A stretch of DNA of 61,068 nucleotides, filler included, from Basidioascus undulatus (taxonomy: Eukaryota), in the NCBI GenBank assembly GCA_000826855.1. It is 4 parts of 4 records of this genome, joined end to end, with 100 filler letters (N's around TTAATTAATTAA, not from the genome) between each part and the next. Parts side by side here need not be neighbours in the genome. Positions count along the whole stretch, not along the records: positions 1 to 15,200 come from JTLS01000658.1; positions 15,301 to 30,499 come from JTLS01000659.1; 2 more parts are not named here. One strand, given 5' to 3'. The notes below the pieces were generated by a model. The model was given only the letters and a program-made list of their open reading frames with translations. It made no database searches and was not told where the DNA came from. The translations under genes were made by a program, and so were the position numbers. Within the stretch, counting starts at the first letter, position 1. Each line of letters opens with the position of its first letter. Below, one piece after another: positions 11,233 through 23,600 of this stretch.

Positions 11233-12950
11233 CCCTTCCCGAGCAACTTCATCCGGCTCACGAGCACCTCGAGCGTGCTCCCGCGCGACTCGTTGAGGAT
11301 GTGGACCTGCCCAAAGGCGTTCAGCACCGTTGGATCCACGCGGAACCAAGCAAAGAAGACGACACACCTCGTCGATCATGAGCAGCCGCACCCTCTCCAA
11401 GATCTTCGCGTGGTCGGCCCACCGCCGGCTGATCGAGTCGAGTTTCTCAGGCGTGGTAATGCTGCAGCACGAGCCCCCAAGATCGGCACCCAGCACATGC
11501 AGAGAGAATAGGAAAGAAAGGGGGAGGGGAAGAAGGGAGGACGATGGGACGAACATGACGTCCGCGTTCTTCGCCTCCGCCATGAGGTTCCGCCCGTTCT
11601 GGCTCTGGTCGCCCGTGACCTCGGCGACGACGACGCCCAGCGGGCCGAGCTTTGCGGACCAGTCACGGGCGCGCTCTGCGCAGAGCGACTGTTAGGCGCC
11701 CGCCACCTTCGGCTCAGCTCGGGACCGGATGGCGGCGGCGGCGGTAGCGGAAACGGGTAGGTGTGGGAGAATGGGGTGAGGAGAGGGAAGACGCACCTTC
11801 GTCGGCGCCATATAAACGACCTTGCTCCCCCTCGCCTCCGTCCCCTGCGCTTGCTCGCACAGCAGCCGCACGAGTGCTAGCTCAAAGATCGCTGTCTTCC
11901 CGCACCCCGTCGGCGCGGAGACGACCATGTTGTCGTCGCTGTTTACGGCCTGGGGTACCTCAACCCGCATCAGCGAGTGCAAGGGGCGGGGGAGGGGGTG
12001 CGGTAGGGGAAGGAGAAGGGGGGAGGGGAAGAGGGAAGACGGGAGACGCACGGTTTCGAAGCAGGTGGATTGGACGGCGTTGAAGACGGGGAACTTGAAG
12101 AGGGAGCGGTAGAGGTCCGCTGTGGAGGGGAGAAGGAAGACGCTGTCAGGGCATGCTATTCTACAGTGCCGGGAAGCAAGAGAAAAGGCGCACGGAGCGT
12201 GGCGATCGGCACCAGCTTGATACCGTGCTTGTTGAGCGGCGCAACGGGCTGCTGCGGCTGGGCGGGCGGTGGCGGGCGCGCGAGTGCGCGGGAGGGAGCT
12301 TGAGGGGCGAGCGGAGAAGCGCTGTATGCGAAGGGGGAGGGGTCGTCGTCGTCTGTGTGTTGTGGGATAGGTGAGTGAGGTTGCCGTTGCGCCGGTAGCG
12401 AGGAGGGGAAGAGCGAAGACGCACACTGCTCGATTGGCTCGCTCTGCTGCGGGCGAGGTGGGGAGGACGCGTCTGTGCGTTCGAACAACAGGATAAGCAC
12501 CCAAAGAGGGAATGGAGGGAAGAGGACGGCGCACAGTCCTGGATGTCGTCGGACGAGGGGGTGTATGCTCCCCGCGCCCCCGGCGCAGGGTAGCCTGCTC
12601 TTCCCTCCTTCAACCGTTGCATCCAGCTCAGTCTGTCCCAATGTCAAACGCACCGTATCCCCCGCCCGTCTCACTCGACGGCCCGCTCAAGAACTCCCTT
12701 TCGAACGCCTCCTCCTCCGCGAACGCGCTCCCGGTACCTGCCAATCCCAATCCACCGCACCATGCCTCCCTGTCGGCCCGAGTGCCTCTGTGGACAGGAC
12801 CACAGCTCGACGCGACGCACCGAAGTAGCTCGGCCCCGCATCGAACGACTGCTCCGACGCGGGCGGGACGTAATCTGGGTGCGCCGGGTCCGAGAGCCCA
12901 TACTGCGCCGCGAGACGGTCGAACTCGTCGTCGTCGAGGCCGCCGAACAT
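11233..12950 (-). pseudogene. MER3: Mer3/HFM1 meiotic DExH helicase, 5' portion only (ends shortly after motif II)
   Basis: FPVFNAVQSTCFE, NMVVSAPTGCGKTAIFELALVRLL, KVVYMAPTKSLCAERARDW, ITTPEKLDSISRRW, LLMIDEVHILNESRGSTLEVLVSRMK. A donor GTGCGT follows at 11232 but no further Mer3 exon (SAT motif, helicase C, Sec63) is visible in this contig. Confidence 0.8.
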
Positions 12951-13653
12951 GAGGGGGTGAGGGGGTGTGAGGTGGGTAGATTGAGACGTGGGTGTGGGGT
13001 GAAGGGGGGTGGGTGTATGCGTTGGGGATGTGCGGAGGGGGCAGACAATGGTGGTTTGAGGGCAAGAGTGCGAGCGAGAGTCGAGAGCGAAAGCGAGGGT
13101 CGAAAGTCGCCGGCATCACGGAGGACACGTCCACACCCGCCCCGGGCCGCTCCCGCGGGTCACTCCCGGCCATGACACAATTCCCACGTATCGTTAGCCT
13201 TCAGTTGAGCAAGGTAGAGTGATGGTTCGAGTACGAGAGCATGAGCAGTCTAGCTCGAAGATGAGTATGCGATCGAGAGTCCGAAGGACGAGGAGCAGGT
13301 CAGTCGAAGTTCGGTCCTGTATCGAAGGTGACTCTGGGATCGTATCAACGAATTATAACATTCTGGATGAGGTTGTTGAGTGTGGAAAGGAAGAAGACCG
13401 AGAACTGCACACATCGCATTGTCGTCTTCTGGCTGAAGGGGCGGCTCGCATACGAGGCCTGAGAAGCAAACGCCAAACAAAACGGGGACAGCCTGTATCG
13501 CTACAACTCTCACAGGCAACGAATTTGTCAAAATGCCTGGGAGACAAGGTGTTGTAGTTCCACAGTTGCTTAGGTCAAATGTCTGTAGGAGTTTGAATCT
13601 GGTCATGGGTCGAAGAAGGGTCGAAGGTCGCCGGCTTTCCACACCCAACAACT

Positions 13654-13685
13654 GCAGTACCGCAGTACCGCAGTACCGCAGTACC
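13654..13685 (+). repeat. Tandem repeat (GCAGTACC)x4
   Basis: gcagtacc gcagtacc gcagtacc gcagtacc read directly. Confidence 0.9.
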
Positions 13686-14571
13686 TCAAACAGCCCGCTC
13701 TGAAATTTTGTATAATTCTTAGATTATTTCAATTAGAGGTTGAAGTTCTGCGGCCCTCCAGAACGGCAGTCTAAGTTGAAAAGCAACAAGTGGACTGCGG
13801 CCTGCGCCGGACGGGCGGCCCGGTGCGAACTTCGACTGGAACTCGAAAGCCGCTCCTTGTCCTGAACCATCATTGTCCATATCCACGCACAAACGCATTT
13901 CCTCGCGACCAATGTAATTCTCCGCCAGCCCCTGCCCACCTCAGCCCCCCTCCCGATCCACCGGGAGCGACGGACCGGCCGACCCCGACTTGCCGTGTAG
14001 AACTCGCTGTGCAGAGCGGAGCAAGTCGACGGTGCTCAGCAGATGGGCGCTATTCGGAATGGTGGCGTGGATGGTGGTGGGCGGGCGGCTGAGGAACCGG
14101 TGGATGGGCTCGGCAACGCGGGTGGGCGGAGCGGGCTGGAAGCTGGAAGGCAGCGAGGTCCCGGACTGTGTACGTGAATCTTTCGTCCTTCGTGGAGCTA
14201 TAGACAACTGCGTGGGTGAGAAGCATCGATCATGCACAATACGTTCGCTCTTCCTCGTCGTCGGTTTGCGCTGTCCATCAAGTTCATATCATTCGAAGGG
14301 CGGTCTTCTCGCTTCGCATCGCGTGTCTCGACAGCTATCGCTGTTTCACTCATATAACTGTTTGGGTCTTCTTACATACCCATATTTGATTGCCCAACTG
14401 ACGCCATATCGAACTGGATTATATATGTGCTGAGCCACGAGCCACCTAGCAAGCCCCCTCACCTCAGCGCTTTCGAATCCTGCGCTTCGCCTCTTTCCCT
14501 CTCCCCACTCACTCTTCGAACATCGATTATCGCGCACTATACACCCCACAACCATCTCCTCAGCGATACCG

Positions 14572-15200
14572 ATGTTCTCTCTCACTCCCCGCACTCTCAT
14601 CACCCTCCCCCTCCGCGCAACCGCAGCGGCCGCATGCGCTACGGCGCCGGTCGTGAAGGTCGTCCTCGAGCCGGTCCTAGCGTGCGTGCTCGTCCCGTCT
14701 TCCCTGCCTGCAACCCCTTCGCTGAAGTCCACATTCACAAACAACTGCAGGTACGGCCTGAGCAACATCCAGACCTTGCAGCGCGTCGCGGCGTGCGTGA
14801 CCGGCAAGCCCGTCGTCACCCTCCACGAGCAGTGGGCGAGTACGTCCTTTCAACGCTCCCTTCGTCCCCGGTCGAAGCTGACTTCCTTTGGCCTTCCGAA
14901 GACCTCGCCGAGCAGAAGGACAGCATCTGCACACGCGTTCCGACGCCCGCCTCGGCTTGGTCCTCACCCGCTGCTGGGACGGGTACTGGAGGACTTCTGG
15001 TGCGCCTCGCCTCGCTTGCCTTCTTTCTCTCCATCTTCCTGGGCACGCTTACTTTTGACCTGTAACAAAACAGGCTACCGCCCCCACCATCACCCCGTTC
15101 CTCCATGCCGGCGGGCGATGTGCGCCACGGCTGCCGTAGCTGACAAGGCCGCTGCGGCGGCGCGCTGCTGGTTGAAGAGGTACTGCACACCCGTCTTATC
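14572..15200 (+). CDS. Hypothetical small multi-exon gene or pseudogene, possibly secreted; runs to contig end
   Basis: ATG 14572 with hydrophobic/Ala-rich start, a plausible GT-AG intron at about 14682-14750, and GC3-rich exon YGLSNIQTLQRVAACVTGKPVVTLHEQW. No family recognised. Confidence 0.3.
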
Positions 15201-15300
15201 NNNNNNNNNNNNNNNNNNNNNNNNNNNNNNNNNNNNNNNNNNNNTTAATTAATTAANNNNNNNNNNNNNNNNNNNNNNNNNNNNNNNNNNNNNNNNNNNN
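15201..15300. other. Artificial contig linker N44-TTAATTAATTAA-N44
   Basis: Six-frame stop spacer embedded in Ns. Confidence 0.98.
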
Positions 15301-15807
15301 GTCCGTCCGCCGCGCGGACCCGAAGGGGCTCGACAAGGACCAGCGCCTCGGCCTCACGGACGCGGGCACGGCCGAGCGCAGGCACTTCTGGTTCTACCAG
15401 GACGAGGGCGGCTTCCGCGCGACGGACGAGGCGAACGAGCCCATGGACCAGATCTACTACCTCGGCGTTATCGATATCTGCACGCCTTATAACTGTGCGT
15501 TTTGGGTTTTTTTTTCTTTGTCTTGCTTGCGGGGCGTGGTGAGGGGGTGGCTGATGGTGTGGTTGGGTTGATTGGGTGCAGTTATCAAAAAGGTCGAACA
15601 CTTCTGGAAGGGCATGCAGCACGAGTCGGTGCGTCGTATTTCCCGCACAGAGCTCGGTACACAAATAACGGCGCTGACCTCTGATGATTCGGTTTACAGA
15701 CAATGATCTCGGCCGTGCCGCCCGTGCCGTACGGCGAGCGCTTCCTCAACTTCATCCAGAGCATCGTCCGCGGCGGCGACGTCTCGAAGCGACCCAAGAT
15801 GGAATAG
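15301..15807 (+). CDS. MSS4: Phosphatidylinositol-4-phosphate 5-kinase (Mss4/Its3), 3' end
   Basis: HFWFYQDEGGFRATDEANEPMDQIYYLGVIDICTPYN / KKVEHFWKG / ISAVPPVPYGERFLNFI...KME* (TAG 15805-15807). Confidence 0.9.
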
Positions 15808-17225
15808 CGCGGGTTTCCGCTCTGGCGCGCTCACCCACACCCTGCATCGTCTTCGTTTCGCTTCCTCTCGTCTCCCTTCCTCTCCTATTGTCCCTCTCCA
15901 CATCCACTCCCATGCCTGCCCTGTCTCCCTGCCCACCCATCTGTTTCTCTCTCTACTGCATACCCCTCCCCCGCGCTTCATTATACCCCTACCCCCCAAA
16001 TTTTCTCGCCTCTCCTCTCAACCCCACACCTGTCTTCTTGCATCCGTCCTTGCAATCGCATCATCGCTTTTGGTACGCCACGGCACCGTCCGTTTGCCCT
16101 CGGCCAGCGGGTGCCGCGCCCACACACTCGTTCAAACCACCCCCAGTTCAATCTGTTGTCGTCTTGTCTTGTCTTTGCCTCTGGCCCGCTCTCAGCGCAA
16201 AGCCCACCGACACTCCTTGCCGAGCATTTTATCTCGATTTTCTCTCTTCGTAACTCGTCTCGTATCATTGCAGACTCGAGGTCGTCGACTATTCATTCGT
16301 TTCGCTCAACCGGACGCTCGGTTCCTTCCACTTCCTTGAAGTATCAATTCATCGCCACTACAGTGCTAGATTTGTTATGGAACTCAACTTCGGTTGCGAG
16401 CAATCCCTGGCGATACAATACGCACGCCGGCTTGCATTTCGTGAAGCAGCTTGGGTTGTCCAACATGCTTTGCCACCGTCCATGACACTGCGAATGTGGT
16501 CGGACCAAGTCATGATGCTCGTTTAGACCAGCTGAATGCACGAATGCCAGTCAGTAGGCTAATGGGTTCTCTACTGGTACTTACTCCGGAAGAAGGTTGC
16601 CGTATCATATCCTGTGTCCTCTTAAGCCTTTTCAACACACAGGGTAACTGGTCTGCGTTTCGGAAAGAGATTGTGTATAGGAGGCAGCACACGCAGGGGG
16701 AAAGGGTCGACGCGCCGGCAAATTTGCATTGAGAGCGGACGTATGTTTTGACAGTCTTCGCTCGGTGTTCTTGAGGCGCATTCTATTCGTTTCAGTTCCA
16801 TTTCTAATGCCGCTGGATGAATGAAGACTTCGCCGAGTACAGTGCGCCAATAGTCCAATGCTGCCGACCACTAACGAGGCTTTTGGACGTGAAAACCGCC
16901 CCGTCCCGCTTGCCATGAGGCGTTGGGTGGCCCGCCGGTTGCCCTGGCTGGCGATGGTCCCGCTAGGCTTCTTTGCAAAGAACCTTTCTGCTGCAACAGA
17001 CGACTTGCAGTGCTTCAAAATGATAAACGGCGACTCGTTGGTCCGGGCGTGGCTATCTTCGCCGGGCACGGTGTCGTTTCGTTCTTTCCGAGGCTTGCGC
17101 GATACAATCCTGCGCCGATCATCTTTTCGCCTGCGATGTAGGAGTTCTGGTGGTAGTATAAAAAGCCCCTTCTGGTCTGCTTGCCTTGTGTCGTCTTCCT
17201 TCTTCGTCCCGTCTCCGCCCTTAAG

Positions 17226-19100
17226 ATGCGCTTCGCTACCGGCCCTCGTGCGCTCCTCCCGCTGGCTGGCTTCTTGCCAGCAGCAGTCCAGGCGGCGCCT
17301 GCTTCTGGCGTTCTCAACGTTGTGTCCAACAATCATTCAATATGTTCCCGAAGCGCAGCAGTACTGCACTAGCCTTCTCGGCATCACGACCGTTTCCCAG
17401 ACCCCGACGACCACTGTGCCATTCTCGAACGGGCACTTCTACTACGTAAGTCGGCAGTTCCGCGACCCTGTGTTCTATTAAACAGTTTGGAGACATCTGG
17501 CTGTATTGGATTTTTACACAGCGTGACGGACACCTTCGTTCCTACTGTCACTCCAATCTCGGCGGATCCCATTTTGAGCAGCACGTACGTCGCCATCGCT
17601 ACACACTGAATACTGCTAGTCGCCGAAGCTGACGTTGCGTTGTGAAACCTCACCATACAGTGTCACTTACACCTCCTCCTACTCCACTACTCTGGTCGCA
17701 ACAGCAACCGTGATCAGCACCGAGAACGCCAATGCTCACGAAACGTGAGCAGCGGTGTGTCCTGCCTGCTGCCTGCGCCGTTGCTGACGCACTCGATGCC
17801 TTCCCCAGTAACTTAACAACCGTCACACCCATTGAGGTAGGGACGCTTCCTTCGACTATCACAGACACTTGAGCCTCTTTCCGCAGACAGAAACATCACT
17901 CCCGGCACTACGTTCGTCTGACCGGCTCCGTCTTTCTGTGCAGCCAAACGACGACGGCCACCCTCGTCAACACTGAGACTGTTACCACCGTACCGGCAAC
18001 CATATACACGCCCGCCCGCCGGGCTCTGGCAACGCCCGAGCCGCTCAGTCGTCGCACCGTGTCGCTCGTCAAGCCGGCCGCTCTCAAGAACTTTGAAAAC
18101 TCGGTGATCAAGCAGGTTCGCTCTTCGGCTGTTGTGGTACGCCTATTTCCTTATGTATTCCATTCAAAGATCCGGACCCATCTGAAGCAGGTTGGAGTAG
18201 ACTCCCACGGTCGTCGTCATCAGCACCGTGTAAACGCCGGTTTTCACGGCTACCACCACCTCCGTAAGTGAATGGGGCTCTACGCACTCAACACTGGTGG
18301 CTGAAAGTCTGGAGATCTTCAGACGGAGACTGTCACCGCGGAGCCCACCACTACCACTGTCTACGCATCAAGCACCGTCTACGAGTCAACCACCCTCACT
18401 GTCGCGTATGTGCACAGTTAGTCTCAGTGGTAGCAGCGCTTCCACAGTGAGCTGACACATCCTTTACCAATACCTAGCATCACGGAGATGTACACCATGT
18501 ACACCGACGTTATTCCGACGACCGTCTTCACTGCTATGGAGACGGAGGTAATTTGTCTTGTTCATCTCCACTTTAGACTTATCCCTAACTGACGATCCCG
18601 CCTCTCAGACCGACACTGTCACTGCCGACCCTACCACTTTGACGACTTTCACTCCGATCACCGTTACGGAAATCGCAGCAGAGAAGGAGTCCGTAACTTC
18701 CACCGTGACCGCTGTGCCGACTGTGACGGCAATCGGGTGAGTGCGCGTCTTTAACCGTAAGAGCAGAAAGTCGCGTGCTAATCAGATGCTCAAGCTGCTA
18801 CAATTGCCTCCGGACGATGGACCTGGAGGCTGGTTTTTGTGGGGGTCCTACTGTAAGTCTCCGATACCTCCTTGCCGTCGGAGTATCCAGACCGACGGGG
18901 GACTGACTTCGTTGTTCGGAACGTCCAGACACCCAGGAGCCTTTCCGCTGCAATTATGCTCCTAAGGGGTACTGGTATCAGTACAAGCAGCACTGCACCT
19001 ACGACTCGGCGGCTCTGCTTTTCCTTGATGCCCTTTGCGGGTCATCGCGTGCGTCTGTCTATCAACTCAACCGCATTCGCAGAGCTCGGGCGCACTCGTA
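17226..19100 (+). pseudogene. Secreted Thr/Val-rich mucin/adhesin-like protein, disrupted
   Basis: TATAAAA near 17157; signal-peptide-like MRFATGPRALLPLAGFLPAAVQAAP; frameshift near 17320 into CPTIIQYVPEAQQYCTSLLGITTVSQTPTTT; several short T-rich exons (TETVTAEPTTTTV, TDTVTADPTTLTTFTPITVT); in-frame stop near 18230. The 3' end is approximate. Confidence 0.55.
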
Positions 19101-20694
19101 GTGGAGTCCGGACGATGGGTTCTGTTTCAAGAGGGCCACTTGGGGCAAATGTGCCCGTTGATTCGGTCCCTCTCTGACCATGCTGATCATCGTGGGGTGA
19201 TCGTCACGCGTCAGTTTGAGGAACTCCGGATGGATACGGAGCGTTGTTGCATTGCGGGGGTCTTATTGTTGCATGTGATTGTTTCTATCTGGCTTTTCTG
19301 GCCTCCCCGTCCGGCTCTTTGCGCTGCAATCTCGTATCACTTGTGGCTGGCAGTGCAGTGTGCTACGCGCGCACTCAGTTGGCACATTAAAAACGCCCAT
19401 CCGCACTGCGTGCGGCCCACAAAAGTTCATATCCTGCGCTGCCACACTTATCCCGCCAGCTCAAGGACCTCCATTCTAGACACAAACCCCATCATGACCA
19501 GGTGCCGCTGCCATCGTGCCGGCGCAGTGTATTCCGTGTTTTATTCCTCAAGCGAGTCATACCTCTTTTCCGACTCTTCCTCATCGTAGTCGTAGCCGAA
19601 TATGTCCCATTCAAAGACTATATACCTCATAAATTGACATTGAGATGATTCGCGGCATCCTTCCCGCTTATCGACATGCTGGGCACGCATGGGGACGTTG
19701 GCCAAACTGCAATGCCCCGTGCGCCTCACAGCCTTGCTCATATACGAGGAGGGACACACTTGTCAAAGGTAGTTTCAGAATGTTTTTGAGTGCTGATTTA
19801 GACAGTTCAGATACTACAGTAGTTGGCATCCAGGGGAAGAACAGCGCTGCAGCCGTGCGGGGTCTGGAAGCTGCGCAGTTGGCACGACAAGTAGCGACTA
19901 CAAAATCCTCGAAGGGACTCTGGATAAAAATAGTAAATCATAACAGCCTGTGTAACCAGGAAAGCGTGGTTCTGCACAAAGCGTTGCATTGCTTCCCGCA
20001 CTCGTGCCGACTAGGGGCTACACCTGGCGCATTACACAACAACCCGCTGCACGGTGGTCGAGAGAATCTCCAGCTCAACTATATACATATTCGACTTCCA
20101 TATTAACCCTCTGAGAAATGGCGAACGTGAAAAATCTCCTCCGAAGGCGGGTCTATCCACTCTCCATTGTCGTTCTCGAGTTGTCCCTTCCTTACCCGCC
20201 CACGCGATCCAGTACACATCTAAGACAGGGCCGAAAATACATCCTCCTCTTGAAAGTCCAATATAGGTGAAGGGTCTTGTAGATCATCTACGAAAGCGCC
20301 ATGGATGCGGCAGCAAGCCTTCACCATCGTTTGGCCTCATCCTGAGGTCCTCCATGAGCAGAATGGGAGCGACATCAGATTCAGTCGCAAACACTTGGAC
20401 CTCCACTGGCTCTACAAGCACGTGCCGATATTCCTCACAATCAGGAGTGAAAGGAATCAATCGTAGAATAGCCTGAAACGCCAGCTGCTGCCGACAACAA
20501 TCGGCGACATTGAATTCCACAACTCCGATCAGAAACACGCGCGACGCGCCTTGCAAGCTCGACGCGTCCTCGCCCGGTGCCTTCCAAACAAGACAACCAT
20601 CCTGCCTTCGCCTCACCCTAATCCTTCTGTATCCATATTCTATTCTACTTTCCCGAAAATCTCCACCGTATAAAACGGCATATTCGACGCCCTC

Positions 20695-23600
20695 ATGGCG
20701 TCTTTCAATCTCTCCGAGCAGCTCGCGCTCCTCCAGGACGAGCCATACGAACTCGACAGCGGCGGGGAGCTCGATGTGCCGGCACTCGATCAGGCGGAAG
20801 TGAGCGCGGCGCTGGAAGGTGCGCTGGCGGTCGAGAGAAGGGAAATGTGAAAGGGAAAGGGAGCTGATGCTCGGGACGAGGCGGGGAATAGGCGCGGTGG
20901 AGTCCATCGCGCAGGATTCGAACAATGTCACGGACCAGCGGACATTTGATGTCTTTCGGTCGCTGCTCAAGTGCGTCTTCTCTTCTCATTTCTTCCTCAA
21001 GCAGGACCACTCTTACCCATGCATCCTCTCAAACCTAGACACGCCGAGCACCTGACGGGCCCCCTCCTTTCTAAACTGCTGGACTCCCTCAATTCAGGTG
21101 CGACCTTCCTGATCTGTTCCTCCTCCCTGTTCTCGACTCCCACACACTGAACACTCTTTCTCTTCCCGCAGGTCTAGCCGCCGAGATAGATGCCTCGACG
21201 GCGGATCTCGACTCCGGCGACGCAGCGCTCTACGCGTCACACCGTGCGCCGCTCGAGATGTACGCGTTCCTGCTCCAATGGTTCGTCGCCGTAGCCGAGC
21301 GCGCGAGCAAAGCTGGGGAAGGGGCGAACGGGGCCGGCGCAGCGGCGGGGGGCAAGGGCAAGGTGCGCAGTCAATCGGGCTGTTCCTCGCACGGCAGGTG
21401 GTGGGCTAAAGCGTTGGCGATGGGGCGGACAGCGCGGGATCAAGAAGACGCCTGCGGCCGGGTCGAGGAAGAACAAGGAGACGTGGGCGTGGGCGGAGTC
21501 CATCGCGCCTACACTGGCGGTCATGTCTAAGGCACTGAGGCTCCGGACCGAGCGGATCTGGACCACTACCGTCGAGAAGGACGCGTTCATTACGTACGTG
21601 TTCATCGCTCTGTGCTCACAGAGATTCCGGGTGTGTACTGAGAATGGGCGCGGGGTAAACAGTTGCATCACCAAGCCCGCGTACCAGATCGCCGAGTCCG
21701 AGACGTATATGAAGGCGAACGACGTGCGCCTCGGGATATACAAGATCGTGTGCTTGTCGGTCAAGCACCACGGCCATGCGTTCGGTGCGTCTTCCTACCT
21801 TCATCTGCCAGGGGTCCATTTCAACTGATGCGTTGCGAGTTGGGACATAGGCGCCCAGACGAGCATCATGCAGAACTTGCAGTACTACGAGCATCTGTCG
21901 GAGCCGATGGCGGAGCTGTTGACCATCCTTGCGAAGGAATTCGACTACACGCAGTTGACGGAGGACGTACTTCGGTAAGCTCCCGCTATGATCTTGTCGC
22001 TCTTTGTCAAACGTATCGGTCGTTGATTGTATCTTCCACAGCGACGTTTCCGAGCGGCACTTCAACGCCCAGGACATCAAGGCGCCGCGATCCTTCGCGC
22101 GCTTCATCGTCCGCCTCGCCGAGCTCTCCCCGCGCATCGTCCTCAAGCAGATCGTCCTACTGCAGCAGCACCTCGACTCCGAGGCGCGTACCTGTTCCCG
22201 CTCTCCCTCAACTCGCCTGTCCTGACCATGAGAATGACAACTCATAGGCCTACACGATGCGCAACGCGATGATCGAAACGCTCGGCCTGCTCATTCGCGA
22301 GCTCGCGACGGTCGACGACCTCGAGGGCGAGAACGAGAACCATAAGGCGCAAGTCGAGGGCTTCTTCGAGCTACTCATGGACCGCTTCCTCGACAACAAC
22401 TCCTACGTCCGCAGCAAGGTCATCTCGGTCTTCAGCAAGCTCGTCGAGTGCGTCCACACCTTCACTATCCCGTTCTTACTTGGCTTCATTCGTGCATTAA
22501 TCTGACATGAGGGAACTTGGTGGCGCAGGCTCCCGACCAAGTTCCCAAAGCAGCGCGCGCAGCTAATCAAGAACGCCGTGCGGCACCTCGAGGACAAGTC
22601 GTCCTCGGTGCGCAAGAACGCGATTGCACTCGTGACCAAGCTCGTGCTCACGCACCCGTACGGCATGCTCCATGGCGGGCGCCTGAACCTCACCGAGTGG
22701 GAAGAGCGCCTCGCGAAGGTCGCCAAGGAGCTCGAGGCGATCGAGCCGCGCTTGGACGAGGGCGACAACCTGCCCGTGGACGAGGAGGAGGCCGAGAATG
22801 AGAACGTCAAAAAGGAGCGGGGCGCGGAGGAGGAGGGGGAGGGTGACGACGACGACGCGGACTCGGTCCTCGACGGGGACGACAGCGACCGGGACTCGGT
22901 CTCGGACGGTGGGTCCCCGCGCCGGCGGCGCGTGAGCGCGCCGCGCGCGCGGGGCTCCAACGCGGCGGCGGCCAAGCCCCGCAAGAGCCGCAAGAGCGAG
23001 GCGGTCGACCTCGCTGCGGGGCAGCTCGACGCCGACCGGCTCACGAAGCTCCGCCTGACCAAGAAGTACTACACCGACGCGATCGCGTTCATCCGCCAGA
23101 TCGAGGCCGCCGTACACGTCCTCGCCGACTTGCTCGTCTCCACCAACAAGTCCGAGGCGCTCGAGGCGATCGAGTTCTTCCGCGTCGCGCACGAGTACGG
23201 CGTCGAGTCGTCCGAGGTTCGTTTGCTCTTTCTCTTCTCGCGGACGGAAGAGGAGGAGGACTATGCTGATATGTGTGGGACCTGGGGCGGGGACAGATCG
23301 GCATCCGGAAGATGCTCCACCTCATCTGGACGAAGGACAACGCGATCGTCGAGGACGGCAAGGAGGTCAAGGGCATCCGCTCGCGCCTGATCGACACGTA
23401 TAAGGCGCTCTACTTCGACCCCCTCCCCGACCCGGACATGACCGCACAGCAGCAGGTCAACCGCATCGCGAAGAACATGATCGAGTGCATCCCCTTTCTA
23501 CCCTTCCCCCTTCTCGGCGCGCTGGGGCAGAACACTGATGCCGAGGGCTACCCTGGCTTGTCAGGCTCACGTTCAACGCGACGCTCGCGGAGCTCACGTC

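Noticed and set aside
15245..15256. TTAATTAATTAA as a biological palindrome or TSD
   Set aside because: It recurs identically inside every N-run; it is a synthetic six-frame stop linker.
19200..20300. Possible decayed minus-strand gene (acidic DYDEEESE patch)
   Set aside because: Too fragmented to assign; no recognisable motif.
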